39,502 nt of DNA from a bacterium (GTDB lineage: Bacteria; Patescibacteriota; Minisyncoccia; Minisyncoccales; CG1-02-41-26), in contig JAUVXX010000006.1 of the NCBI GenBank assembly GCA_030603395.1, positions 1 through 39,502 on the forward strand. Reading direction: 5' to 3'. The position numbers and the translations under genes were made by a program. A model generated the notes under the pieces. The model was given only the letters and a program-made list of their open reading frames with translations. It made no database searches and had not been told where the DNA came from. Shown here piece by piece: positions 32,653 to 39,502 of this stretch (within the stretch, counting starts at the first letter, position 1; each line of letters opens with the position of its first letter).

Positions 32653-34326
32653 TTACTTAACAAATATACAAGGTCGGCGGGCGATGATTACGGAAACTGT
32701 CTTTTTGCTCAAAAAATCTTTGACGGTTTTAACAAATTCTTTTTGGTTAATCGGGTCAATAATCTTTAAATTTTTTACCCCACAAGCTTTGACAATGTCT
32801 TCAATTTTTATTTTGGGAGAGGGCTCGCCCATGCCAGTCTTTTCAATGCCAGGATGGGGTTGATGGCCGGTCATGGCCGTAGTTTGGTTGTCCATAATTA
32901 TAATTAGCGGATTGGAATTATTACTGCTGGCATTTATTAAAGCTGGGATACCAGAATGATAAAAAGAGGAGTCGCCGACAAAGGCAATCAGCTTTTGATT
33001 TGTTGCCTTTTTAATACCGTGAGCTATACCAACTGAAGAACCCATACAATAAAGATAATCCTGAACATTATGGGGCGGTAAGCCAGCCAACATATAACAG
33101 CCGATTTCTCCTCCAAAAATTACTTTTTTGGGGTCGGCTGCTTTTTTCACTCCTTGAAAGATTAACCAATAGGGACAACCAGGACAAAGTTGGGGTTTCC
33201 TGCGAGGAATTTTTAATTTTAAATTTTTAATTTCTAATGAATTTTTAATTTTAAATTTTTTGCCAGTTATTTTGGCCACTGCCTGAAGGACGATTTCTGG
33301 CCTTAATTCGTTAACTTCAGGAACTAATTCTTTCCCTATAATTTTTAAATTACAATTCACGTCTTTGGCTAATCTCGCTATATCTTTTTCTAAATATGGC
33401 TCTAATTCCTCAACTATTAAAACTTTTTTCAAATTTTTAATAAATTTCTTTATCTTCTCTTCCGGTAAAGGATTAAAAAATCCCAGCTTCAAAACCGGCA
33501 AATTCAAATTGAGTTCTCGTAGTGCTTCCATGGCATATAAATGGGAAACACCCGAAGTAACCACCCCCACCTTAGAAATAGCGGAGGACTGTCCTCCGCT
33601 ATTTTTGTTGAGGGGGGATTTTTCGGAAACTTCTTTTCTTATCTTTTCTATCTTTTCCAGAAGTTCTTTTTTCATTTCAAGGACTCGGGGTGGCATGGTC
33701 ACAAACTGATGGGGGTCTTTGATAAATTTTCCTTTTCTTTTGCCTTGAACAATCTTTCCCAACTTAACTATGCCGCTCTGCAAGGCAACTCTGGTGGTTT
33801 CTCTCACCATTACCGGAATTTTATATTTTTCTGAAAGCTCAAAGGCAAACTTGGTGAAATCTTTACACTCCTGGGGAGTTGATGGTTCTAATACCGGAAT
33901 ATGGGCTAATTGGGCAAAAGTCCTGCTGTTCTGTTCGGATTGGGCGGAACTTGAACAGCCCGGGTCATCAGCAACCAAAATAACCATCCCTCCTTTAACG
34001 CCCGAATAAACCAAAGGTATTAGAAAATCAGAAGCAACATTTAAGCCAAAGTTTTTCATCGCTACCAACGTCCTCAACCCGGAAAAAGAAGCTCCGGCCC
34101 CAACTTCCATAGCGACTTTTTCATTAGTTGAAAATTCAAAATATAAATTCGGAATTTTGAATTTTGAATTTTCAATCTTAAAAAAAGTATTGCCAATTTC
34201 AGAAGCCGGGGTTCCGGGGTAAGTTGAAACAAACTGAACCCCTGATTCCAGAACTCCCCTGACAATAGCTTCATTCCCGAGCAACATTACTTTTTCCCCA
34301 ACTTTTTTTGATAACACTTTGTCCAT
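32653..34326 (-). CDS. iorA: Indolepyruvate:ferredoxin oxidoreductase alpha subunit-like, without ferredoxin-type cluster motifs
   Basis: 557 aa. The N-terminal domain reads LLGNEAIVRGVLESGV..STYPGTPASEI. LCPGCPYW is present, and the TPP-binding segment is GDSSFYHSGIPALINA...NQTTAMTG. No CxxCxxCxxxCP motif occurs anywhere in the protein. Confidence 0.7.
   Translation of the reverse strand: MDKVLSKKVGEKVMLLGNEAIVRGVLESGVQFVSTYPGTPASEIGNTFFKIENSKFKIPNLYFEFSTNEKVAMEVGAGASFSGLRTLVAMKNFGLNVASDFLIPLVYSGVKGGMVILVADDPGCSSSAQSEQNSRTFAQLAHIPVLEPSTPQECKDFTKFAFELSEKYKIPVMVRETTRVALQSGIVKLGKIVQGKRKGKFIKDPHQFVTMPPRVLEMKKELLEKIEKIRKEVSEKSPLNKNSGGQSSAISKVGVVTSGVSHLYAMEALRELNLNLPVLKLGFFNPLPEEKIKKFIKNLKKVLIVEELEPYLEKDIARLAKDVNCNLKIIGKELVPEVNELRPEIVLQAVAKITGKKFKIKNSLEIKNLKLKIPRRKPQLCPGCPYWLIFQGVKKAADPKKVIFGGEIGCYMLAGLPPHNVQDYLYCMGSSVGIAHGIKKATNQKLIAFVGDSSFYHSGIPALINASSNNSNPLIIIMDNQTTAMTGHQPHPGIEKTGMGEPSPKIKIEDIVKACGVKNLKIIDPINQKEFVKTVKDFLSKKTVSVIIARRPCIFVK
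33207..33260 (-). repeat. Two copies of a 22-nt AT-rich direct repeat inside iorA
   Basis: GAATTTTTAATTTTAAATTTTT occurs at 33207-33228 and 33239-33260. It encodes a K/I/N-rich inter-domain linker, KFKIKNSLEIKNLKLKI. Confidence 0.6.
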
Positions 34327-34354
34327 AAATTGCAGATAACCTTGATAATTTTTA

Positions 34355-34363
34355 ATTATATCA
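34355..34363 (-). promoter_or_regulatory. Possible extended -10 promoter (TGaTATAAT) upstream of iorA
   Basis: The minus strand reads TGATATAAT at 34355-34363, about 29 nt upstream of the iorA ATG (34326). The -35 region is weak (TTCAAG). Confidence 0.3.
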
Positions 34364-34372
34364 TAAAACCTG

Positions 34373-35377
34373 TTAATCTTGAATTATTTCTGGCTGGAAA
34401 GAGTTATTGAGTTTCACGTCCACGGGAATGACCTCTTTTATTTTCTTGTTTTTGATTATGGTTTTCAGCAATCTGCCTTGCATTGTTTGCTTAGAAAATC
34501 CTTGGTCAAAGACAAAGTTACCCAAGCTATAGGCAATCCAGCCATCCTGATATTTTTCCAATTTTTGAACTACATGAGAATGGTGCCCCACCACCAAATC
34601 TGCACCAGCTTCAATACAGGCTTGGCTGAAAGTTTTTTGAAAAAAAGTCGGCTCCAATGAATATTCCTTGCCAGCATGCAAAGAGACAATTAAAATATCT
34701 ACCTCTTGTTTGTTTTCTTTTATATTTTCTTTTACTTTTTCAATGTCTTCCTCCTCAATCCAAGCTACACCAGAATAATTTTCACCTGCTCTCCAAACCT
34801 CAGGACCTAAATCGGTATATGCTAAAAAACCAATCCTGGTATTTTTGACTTCTTTTATTTTTAAAGAAAAAGCTTCCTTTTCATTAAATCCGGCGCCAAT
34901 ATAATTTATTCCTGCTTCTCTTAGTCTTTCCATCGTATCTCTTAAAGCCGCTCTTCCATAATCTAAAGCGTGATTGTTGGCCAAAGATAAAATATCAAAG
35001 CCGGCATAAGTCAAACCCTCTAACACCGCCGGGTCAGCTCGAAAAGAATAAATGCTGCCCACTCTCTGTCCCTTGTCTGAAATTGGCCCTTCCAAATTAC
35101 CAAAGACAAGGTCTGCTTTCTTTAGGTCATCAGCAATTTTTAAAAAGGGCCATCGCCAGTCACCATTCTGACGAATATACCATTCAACTCCCCTGTCCAG
35201 CATAATGTCGCCTACCATAAAAACAGTTATCTCGGACAAGGTTAAGGAGGCAGTAAAGCTTGAGGGTTCAACTTTCTTAAAGCAGCTGCACCAGTTCAAA
35301 CTTAAAATAGCAACTGCTATCACAACAGCTGCTCCAAAACAGAAAATGGTGATATACTTGTAAATTTTATACCACAA
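34373..35377 (-). CDS. CapA/PGA_cap-family metallophosphoesterase-like protein, membrane anchored
   Basis: 334 aa with an N-terminal TM helix. Motifs are MVGDIMLDRG, GNLEGPIS, LSLANNHALDYG and HAGKEY...GHHSH. The apparent start is TTG at 35375-35377, which overlaps the leuS 3' end by 11 nt. Confidence 0.7.
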   Translation of the reverse strand: MWYKIYKYITIFCFGAAVVIAVAILSLNWCSCFKKVEPSSFTASLTLSEITVFMVGDIMLDRGVEWYIRQNGDWRWPFLKIADDLKKADLVFGNLEGPISDKGQRVGSIYSFRADPAVLEGLTYAGFDILSLANNHALDYGRAALRDTMERLREAGINYIGAGFNEKEAFSLKIKEVKNTRIGFLAYTDLGPEVWRAGENYSGVAWIEEEDIEKVKENIKENKQEVDILIVSLHAGKEYSLEPTFFQKTFSQACIEAGADLVVGHHSHVVQKLEKYQDGWIAYSLGNFVFDQGFSKQTMQGRLLKTIIKNKKIKEVIPVDVKLNNSFQPEIIQD

Positions 35378-37826
35378 AGTTGATAAGTTTGTCTTTAACG
35401 AAAATTGTTTTTTTGATTTTTTTGGCTCCGAGCCATTTTTTAATTTTGGGACTTTTCAAAGCAATCTTTTTTGCTTCGCTTTGGAAAATACCCGACTCAA
35501 CTTCTATTTTGTCGCGGACTTTGCCGTTAATCTGAACAATTAAAGTTATTTTTTCTTCTTTAATTAATCTCTCATCATATTTGGGCCACTTTTGAAAAAA
35601 GATACTCCGTTTGTACCCTAACTTTTGCCATAATTCTTCAGTCACATGAGGAACAAAGGGTGAAAGAATCTTTAGGAAATTTTTAAAGTCGGTTTTACCT
35701 AATCCTTTTTTGTTTTCCTGCCAAGCATTACTGAATTCCATTAAAGAACTAACCGCTGTATTAAACTTCATATTTTCAATATCTTCAGAAACTTTTTTAA
35801 TGGTTTGGTGAAGTATTTTTTTTAAGTTGGGGGAGCTTTTAGGTTTTGAAGAACGGAGAAATTGATTACTCAATCTCCAAACTTTATCTAAAAATCTTTT
35901 GACTCCCCTTACTCCTTTGGTGTCCCAGGCAATCGCCTGAATAAATGGTCCCATAAACATCTCGTAAGTTCTTAGGGTGTCCGTACCATATTGCCTGATA
36001 ACCCGCTCGGGAGTAATAACATTGCCCCGGGACTTGGACATTTTAATTCCTCCCTCACCAAGAACTATGCCGTGGGAAGTTCGCTTTTTATAAGGTTCTG
36101 AACCAAGGGATTTCGGTACAATCCCAATGTCCCATAAAAACTTATAAATGAACCGCGAATATAATAAATGTAAAGTGGTATGTTCCATGCCACCGTTATA
36201 CCAATCCACTGGCATCCAATAAAGCAACTTTTTAGGGTCGGCTAATTTTTGAGCATTTTGAGGGTCGCAGTAGCGGAGATAATACCAATTGCTCCCTGCC
36301 CAGTTGGGCATAACGTCGGTTTCTCTTTTGGCTTCTCCTTGGCATCTGGGACATTTGGTCTTAATCCAATACTCAATTTTTGCCAACGGCGATTCTCCCT
36401 TTTCAGTTGGTTTGTATTCTTTAACATTAGGTAGTTTCACTGGTAAATCTTTTTCTGCGACTGGCTGCCAGCTGCATTTCTCACATTTAATCATGGGTAT
36501 GGGTTCGCCCCAGTATCTCTGACGGGAAAAAATCCAATCCCTCAATTTATAATAAACCGCTTTTTCTGCCATCCCATTCTTGGCTAAAAAATCGTTAATC
36601 CGTTCTCGAGCTTTTGCCGAGCCCATCCCGTTAAATCGACCCGAGTTAATCAAAACCCCCTCTCCCTCATAAACTCGTTGAGAGCCACCCCCTGAAACAA
36701 CCAAGGAAGCTCTCTTGGGTAAATCTTTTTCTTTATCCGCTTTAATAACTTCAATAATTGGTAAGTTGTAGGTCCTGGCAAAATCAAAATCTCTCTCATC
36801 ATGAGCTGGCACTCCCATAATAGCTCCGGTGCCATAATGAATTAGAACATAATCAGCGACAAAAATAGGAATTTCTTTTCCGGTGGCAGGATTAATTGCT
36901 TTGATTCCCCCTAATCTCACTCCTGTTTTTTCTTTGACTTCCGATATCCTTTCTCTCTCGGTTTTCCTCTTCGCTTTTTCTATGTATCTCTCAACGGCTT
37001 TGAGATTTTTAACCTGAGGTTTAAGTTCTTCAATAATCGGATTCTCCGGAGCTAAAACCAGATAAGTTGCTCCAAAAATCGTGTCAATCCTGGTGGTAAA
37101 AACATTGATTAAAATTTGAGAGTTAGTGATTGGAAATTTTATCTCATTGCCTTCTGATTTCCCAATCCAATCTCTCTGTAAAGTTTTGACTCTCTCTGGA
37201 TAATCAACTTTGTCTAAACCTTTAAGTAATTTTTCAGCATATCTGGTAATTTTTAACATCCACTGTTCTTTCTCCTTCCTCTCAACTTTCTTGCCGCATC
37301 TTTCACAATGTCCCTCAACTACTTCCTCGTTGGCTAAACCAATCTTGCAACCGGGACACCAATTAATCGGCATCTTGGTTTTATAAGCCAGTCCTTTTTT
37401 AAAAAGCTGCAAAAATATCCATTGGGTCCACTTGTAATAAGCAGGGTCAGTGGTGTTTATTTCCCGAGTCCAATCAAAAGAAAGTCCGATGCTCTTTTGC
37501 TGTCGTTTGAAAAAAGCAGTGTTTTTACGGGTGGCAATTCTTGGATGAACCCCTGTTTTGATAGCGTAATTTTCAGTGGGCAGCCCGAAGGCATCCCAAC
37601 CCATAGGAAACAAAACGTTAAAACCCTCCATCCTTCTTTTGCGAGCCACGACATCCAAAGCAATATATGGTCGGCAATGCCCGACGTGCAGCCCTTCTCC
37701 AGAAGGATAGGGAAACTCAACTAAAATATATTTTTTAGGTTTTTTGGAAAAATCTTTGGCTCTGAAAATCCCCTCTCTCTCCCAAAATCTCTGCCATTTT
37801 CTTTCAACTTTTTGAGGATTATACAT
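35367..37826 (-). CDS. leuS: Leucine--tRNA ligase
   Basis: Start is placed at ATG 37824-37826 (MYNPQKVERKWQRFWEREGIF), the canonical LeuRS N-terminus. The HIGH box is PYPSGEGLHVGH and the KMSKS box is GIKMSKSRGN. CP1 editing and zinc-binding Cys pairs are present. The track's 67-codon GTG extension is rejected. Confidence 0.9.
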   Translation of the reverse strand: MYNPQKVERKWQRFWEREGIFRAKDFSKKPKKYILVEFPYPSGEGLHVGHCRPYIALDVVARKRRMEGFNVLFPMGWDAFGLPTENYAIKTGVHPRIATRKNTAFFKRQQKSIGLSFDWTREINTTDPAYYKWTQWIFLQLFKKGLAYKTKMPINWCPGCKIGLANEEVVEGHCERCGKKVERKEKEQWMLKITRYAEKLLKGLDKVDYPERVKTLQRDWIGKSEGNEIKFPITNSQILINVFTTRIDTIFGATYLVLAPENPIIEELKPQVKNLKAVERYIEKAKRKTERERISEVKEKTGVRLGGIKAINPATGKEIPIFVADYVLIHYGTGAIMGVPAHDERDFDFARTYNLPIIEVIKADKEKDLPKRASLVVSGGGSQRVYEGEGVLINSGRFNGMGSAKARERINDFLAKNGMAEKAVYYKLRDWIFSRQRYWGEPIPMIKCEKCSWQPVAEKDLPVKLPNVKEYKPTEKGESPLAKIEYWIKTKCPRCQGEAKRETDVMPNWAGSNWYYLRYCDPQNAQKLADPKKLLYWMPVDWYNGGMEHTTLHLLYSRFIYKFLWDIGIVPKSLGSEPYKKRTSHGIVLGEGGIKMSKSRGNVITPERVIRQYGTDTLRTYEMFMGPFIQAIAWDTKGVRGVKRFLDKVWRLSNQFLRSSKPKSSPNLKKILHQTIKKVSEDIENMKFNTAVSSLMEFSNAWQENKKGLGKTDFKNFLKILSPFVPHVTEELWQKLGYKRSIFFQKWPKYDERLIKEEKITLIVQINGKVRDKIEVESGIFQSEAKKIALKSPKIKKWLGAKKIKKTIFVKDKLINFVV

Positions 37827-37833
37827 ATTTCTT

Positions 37834-37861
37834 ATCTTATCATTTTTTGATTTTTTGGCAA
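37834..37861 (-). promoter_or_regulatory. Putative leuS promoter (TTGCCA-N16-TAAGAT) placing the TSS at or next to the start codon
   Basis: The minus strand has TTGCCA at 37856-37861 and TAAGAT at 37834-37839. Only 7 nt (AAGAAAT) separate the -10 element from ATG 37826, and there is no SD. Confidence 0.35.
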
Positions 37862-37884
37862 AACAAAAACCCGTTTTACCGGGT
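37861..37884 (-). terminator. Intrinsic terminator (second of a tandem pair) after the small-membrane-protein unit
   Basis: The minus strand reads ACCCG-GTAAAA-CGGGT followed by TTTTTGTTT. Confidence 0.5.
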
Positions 37885-37893
37885 AAAAAGATT

Positions 37894-37929
37894 GGAGCCA
37901 GAAAGAGATTGAATATTTCCCCTGGCTCC
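37894..37929 (-). terminator. Hairpin or terminator (first of a tandem pair) after the small-membrane-protein unit
   Basis: A perfect 8-bp stem, GGAGCCAG/CTGGCTCC, encloses a 20-nt loop. On the minus strand it is followed by AATCTTTTT. Confidence 0.4.
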
Positions 37930-37954
37930 ATAACATTATCTGAATCTCTCGCTC

Positions 37955-38143
37955 TCATTTTTTGGGCCCTCTTTTGAAATAGAAGACCCAATCTTCTTTC
38001 AGGTCCTGCCAAAGTCCTTTTAGCCACTCTTTTCCGTCTCTGGATTGATAAATTATGGCAGCAACTACTACTATGAGTAGTATTGCAAAAACAAATCTAG
38101 CCAAAATTTGACAATACAAAGGGAAAGTCTCTATTACTGGCAT
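37955..38143 (-). CDS. Small single-pass membrane protein (62 aa)
   Basis: The ATG at 38141-38143 is preceded by AAGGAGAG, 6 nt upstream. One TM helix (FVFAILLIVVVAAIIY) is followed by a charged, Trp-rich tail. It overlaps the upstream ORF by 10 nt. Confidence 0.5.
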   Translation of the reverse strand: MPVIETFPLYCQILARFVFAILLIVVVAAIIYQSRDGKEWLKGLWQDLKEDWVFYFKRGPKK

Positions 38144-38364
38144 TTTCTTCTCTCCTTTCCTTCTTCCATTTCGTCTTCCAAGGATTTCAGGTCGGGGTCT
38201 CTACTCCTTAGAAAGAAGAAGAGACTACAGAAAACCATTGTTATCCCCCCTGTAAAAGTCCCGGCGTTGAAAAGGTCTTTCCACCCATCTACCTGAATAC
38301 AAAGGACGGCAAAAAGCAATGCCATTATTCCTAAATACAAAAAAATCCATCCAGTTATCTTCAT
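38134..38364 (-). CDS. Small two-pass membrane protein (76 aa) with acidic C-terminal tail
   Basis: ATG at 38362-38364. Two hydrophobic helices are followed by RSRDPDLKSLEDEMEEGKERRK. It lies downstream of the consensus promoter at 38427-38454. Confidence 0.5.
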   Translation of the reverse strand: MKITGWIFLYLGIMALLFAVLCIQVDGWKDLFNAGTFTGGITMVFCSLFFFLRSRDPDLKSLEDEMEEGKERRKCQ

Positions 38365-38426
38365 GTTTCTTTCCTTTTTTCCTTTCTTTCTTTATTTTTT
38401 CAAAGTACACTCTAAAATACACCTTT

Positions 38427-38454
38427 ATTATACTAAATTTATCTCAAATGTCAA
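38427..38454 (-). promoter_or_regulatory. Consensus promoter (TTGACA-N16-TATAAT) of the small-membrane-protein unit
   Basis: The minus strand has TTGACA at 38449-38454 and TATAAT at 38427-38432, immediately downstream of the tatD stop. A purine-rich leader follows. Confidence 0.55.
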
Positions 38455-38464
38455 GAGAAAAGAC

Positions 38465-39220
38465 CTACTTTAACCCGAATAATTTTTTGGCGTTTTGGGT
38501 GGTTTTTTCGGCTACCTCTTCAAAACTTATATTCTTAATCTCAGCGATTTTCTGAGCAACATATTTTACATACAAAGGTTCATTTCTTTTGCCCCGAAAG
38601 GGTACCGGAGCCAAAAACGGGCAATCTGTTTCAACCATCATTTTATCCAAGGGAACTTTTGAGATAGAAGAAGCATTCTCTTTATTGTAAGTGATGTTGC
38701 CGGTGTAAGAGATTAAAAAACCAAGGTCCAAAAATTTTTTGGCTACAGTATAATCCCTATCAAAACAATGAATTACTCCTCTTGAGAAAGGTGATTCGCT
38801 ATGATTGAGAATGTCTAAAGTTTTTTGGTCGGCCTCTCGGCTATGGATGATTAAAGGTTTTTTCACCTGGCAAGCTATTTTAATTAGCTCCTTAAAAATT
38901 TCTTTTTGTTTTTCCCTGTCAGATGAATGATAAAAATCAAAGCCGGTCTCACCAATAGCCACCACCTTTTGATGTCCGGCTAATTCCAACCACGCCTTCT
39001 CATCAAACTTTTCCTTCTCAATATTAATTGGGTGAAGGCTTATAGCAGCGTAGATATTTTCATGTTTTTCTGCGAGTACAATGGAATCCTGTGAGCCCCT
39101 GAGGTTAGTCCCCACGTTAATAATCTTCCCTACTCCATTCTCAAAAGCCCGCTTAATTACCTCGTCGCGGTCTTTATCAAACTCTTTAAAATTCAAATGG
39201 CTATGAGTATCAATCAGCAT
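38465..39220 (-). CDS. tatD: TatD-family metal-dependent hydrolase/DNase
   Basis: 251 aa with MLIDTHSHLNF, AIGETGFDF, IIHSREA, HCF and ETDCPFLAP. Confidence 0.85.
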   Translation of the reverse strand: MLIDTHSHLNFKEFDKDRDEVIKRAFENGVGKIINVGTNLRGSQDSIVLAEKHENIYAAISLHPINIEKEKFDEKAWLELAGHQKVVAIGETGFDFYHSSDREKQKEIFKELIKIACQVKKPLIIHSREADQKTLDILNHSESPFSRGVIHCFDRDYTVAKKFLDLGFLISYTGNITYNKENASSISKVPLDKMMVETDCPFLAPVPFRGKRNEPLYVKYVAQKIAEIKNISFEEVAEKTTQNAKKLFGLK

Positions 39221-39226
39221 AAAGGA

Positions 39227-39502
39227 TTATTTCAATCGTGGGAATAATGGTTTTGATTTTTTGATTTTGAATTTCCATTTTTTATCAGTCGGTTTTATGC
39301 CAAGTTGGTTAAAAATTTTCTCCGAAGTTTCTGGTAAAAATGGCTGGAGCATACTGGCTATATGAGCCAGGGCGATTAAAAGATTATTGATAATTGATAA
39401 TTGCTTGTCAGATTTCTCCCAAGGTCGTTCTTTTTCAATATGTTTGTCACAAAAACCAATCAATTGCCAAATTGAACTTAACACTTCATTAAATTTAAAA
39501 TT
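39227..39502 (-). CDS. metG: Methionine--tRNA ligase, C-terminal part (gene continues past the right window edge)
   Basis: The frame is open to position 39502. The anticodon-binding helix pattern reads ..IWQLIGFCDKHIEKERPWE...LIALAHIASMLQPFLPETSEKIFNQLG. The metG-tatD adjacency is a common arrangement. Confidence 0.6.
   Translation of the reverse strand, partial: NFKFNEVLSSIWQLIGFCDKHIEKERPWEKSDKQLSIINNLLIALAHIASMLQPFLPETSEKIFNQLGIKPTDKKWKFKIKKSKPLFPRLK

Noticed and set aside
33207-33260. The 22-nt AT-rich direct repeat in iorA as a regulatory or mobile-element repeat.
   Set aside because: It lies in-frame inside the gene and encodes a Lys/Ile/Asn-rich linker. It is most simply low-complexity coding sequence from local duplication.
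37827-37954. A T-box leader upstream of leuS.
   Set aside because: Only about 128 nt are available. There is no specifier-loop or T-box (GGGTGGTACCGCG-like) sequence. The two hairpins are better explained as terminators of the upstream small-protein unit.
37827-38027. A 67-codon N-terminal extension of leuS (track start at 38027, GTG).
   Set aside because: The canonical LeuRS N-terminus (MYNPQKVERKWQ..W) starts at ATG 37826. The extension runs across two terminator hairpins and overlaps the 62-aa membrane-protein ORF.
1-39502. CRISPR arrays, transposases, rRNA genes, or classic defence systems such as restriction-modification and toxin-antitoxin pairs.
   Set aside because: Reading both strands, I saw no regularly spaced repeats. 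No ORF has nuclease-methylase, Cas, transposase or integrase motifs. The window is dominated by housekeeping operons.

Overview
This is a dense, low-GC bacterial chromosome segment. Hand-counted 60-nt lines in housekeeping genes give roughly 38-43% GC. Compact and partly truncated core genes in long same-strand operons suggest a small-genome Patescibacteria/CPR-type organism; that placement is inference only.

The recognisable core genes fall into these groups:
- Proteostasis: clpB, htrA, and a membrane-anchored HtrA-like protein that lacks the catalytic His.
- Envelope and competence: a GT2 glycosyltransferase and a short comEC.
- Division and translation: ftsA-ftsZ, ybeY, rpsU, a HIT protein, hisS, lepB and pth.
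- A GT28-like / DMT-like / clan GH-A-like trio.
- DNA and stress: a short mfd, dprA, topA, a long RelA/SpoT homolog and tRNA-Leu(CAA).
- One long minus-strand run: leuS, capA-like, iorA-iorB, a sugar nucleotidyltransferase, tsaC, an MFS transporter and a PAP2 phosphatase.
- The right edge: tatD and the 3' end of metG.

The non-ordinary part is the left 5.5 kb.
- A 1445-aa secreted protein carries three beta-helix modules and a C-terminal dockerin. A signal-peptide protein with a cohesin-like module starts 11 nt downstream.
- The middle of the giant gene is much more GC-rich than its ends.
- Upstream lie two back-to-back orphan transcription units driven by near-consensus TTGACA-N16-TAnAAT promoters, each ending in a hairpin terminator. 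One is about 370 nt and GC-rich, with strong helices and/or a small basic ORF. The other is a roughly 165-nt candidate sRNA. I could not assign either to a known RNA family.

Other points worth a second look:
- FtsZ stops right after its globular core, and its stop codon abuts the start codon of an 89-aa membrane protein.
- The RelA/SpoT homolog has a degenerate HD motif.
- IorA has no ferredoxin-type cysteine motifs.
- An orphan gene with a strong Shine-Dalgarno (SD) site sits next to the tRNA.
- An insulated two-gene small-membrane-protein unit lies upstream of leuS.
- Promoter geometry implies leaderless or very short-leader mRNAs for leuS and pth.

I saw no CRISPR array, transposase, integrase or rRNA. 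All domain calls come from motif recognition by eye; no searches were run.
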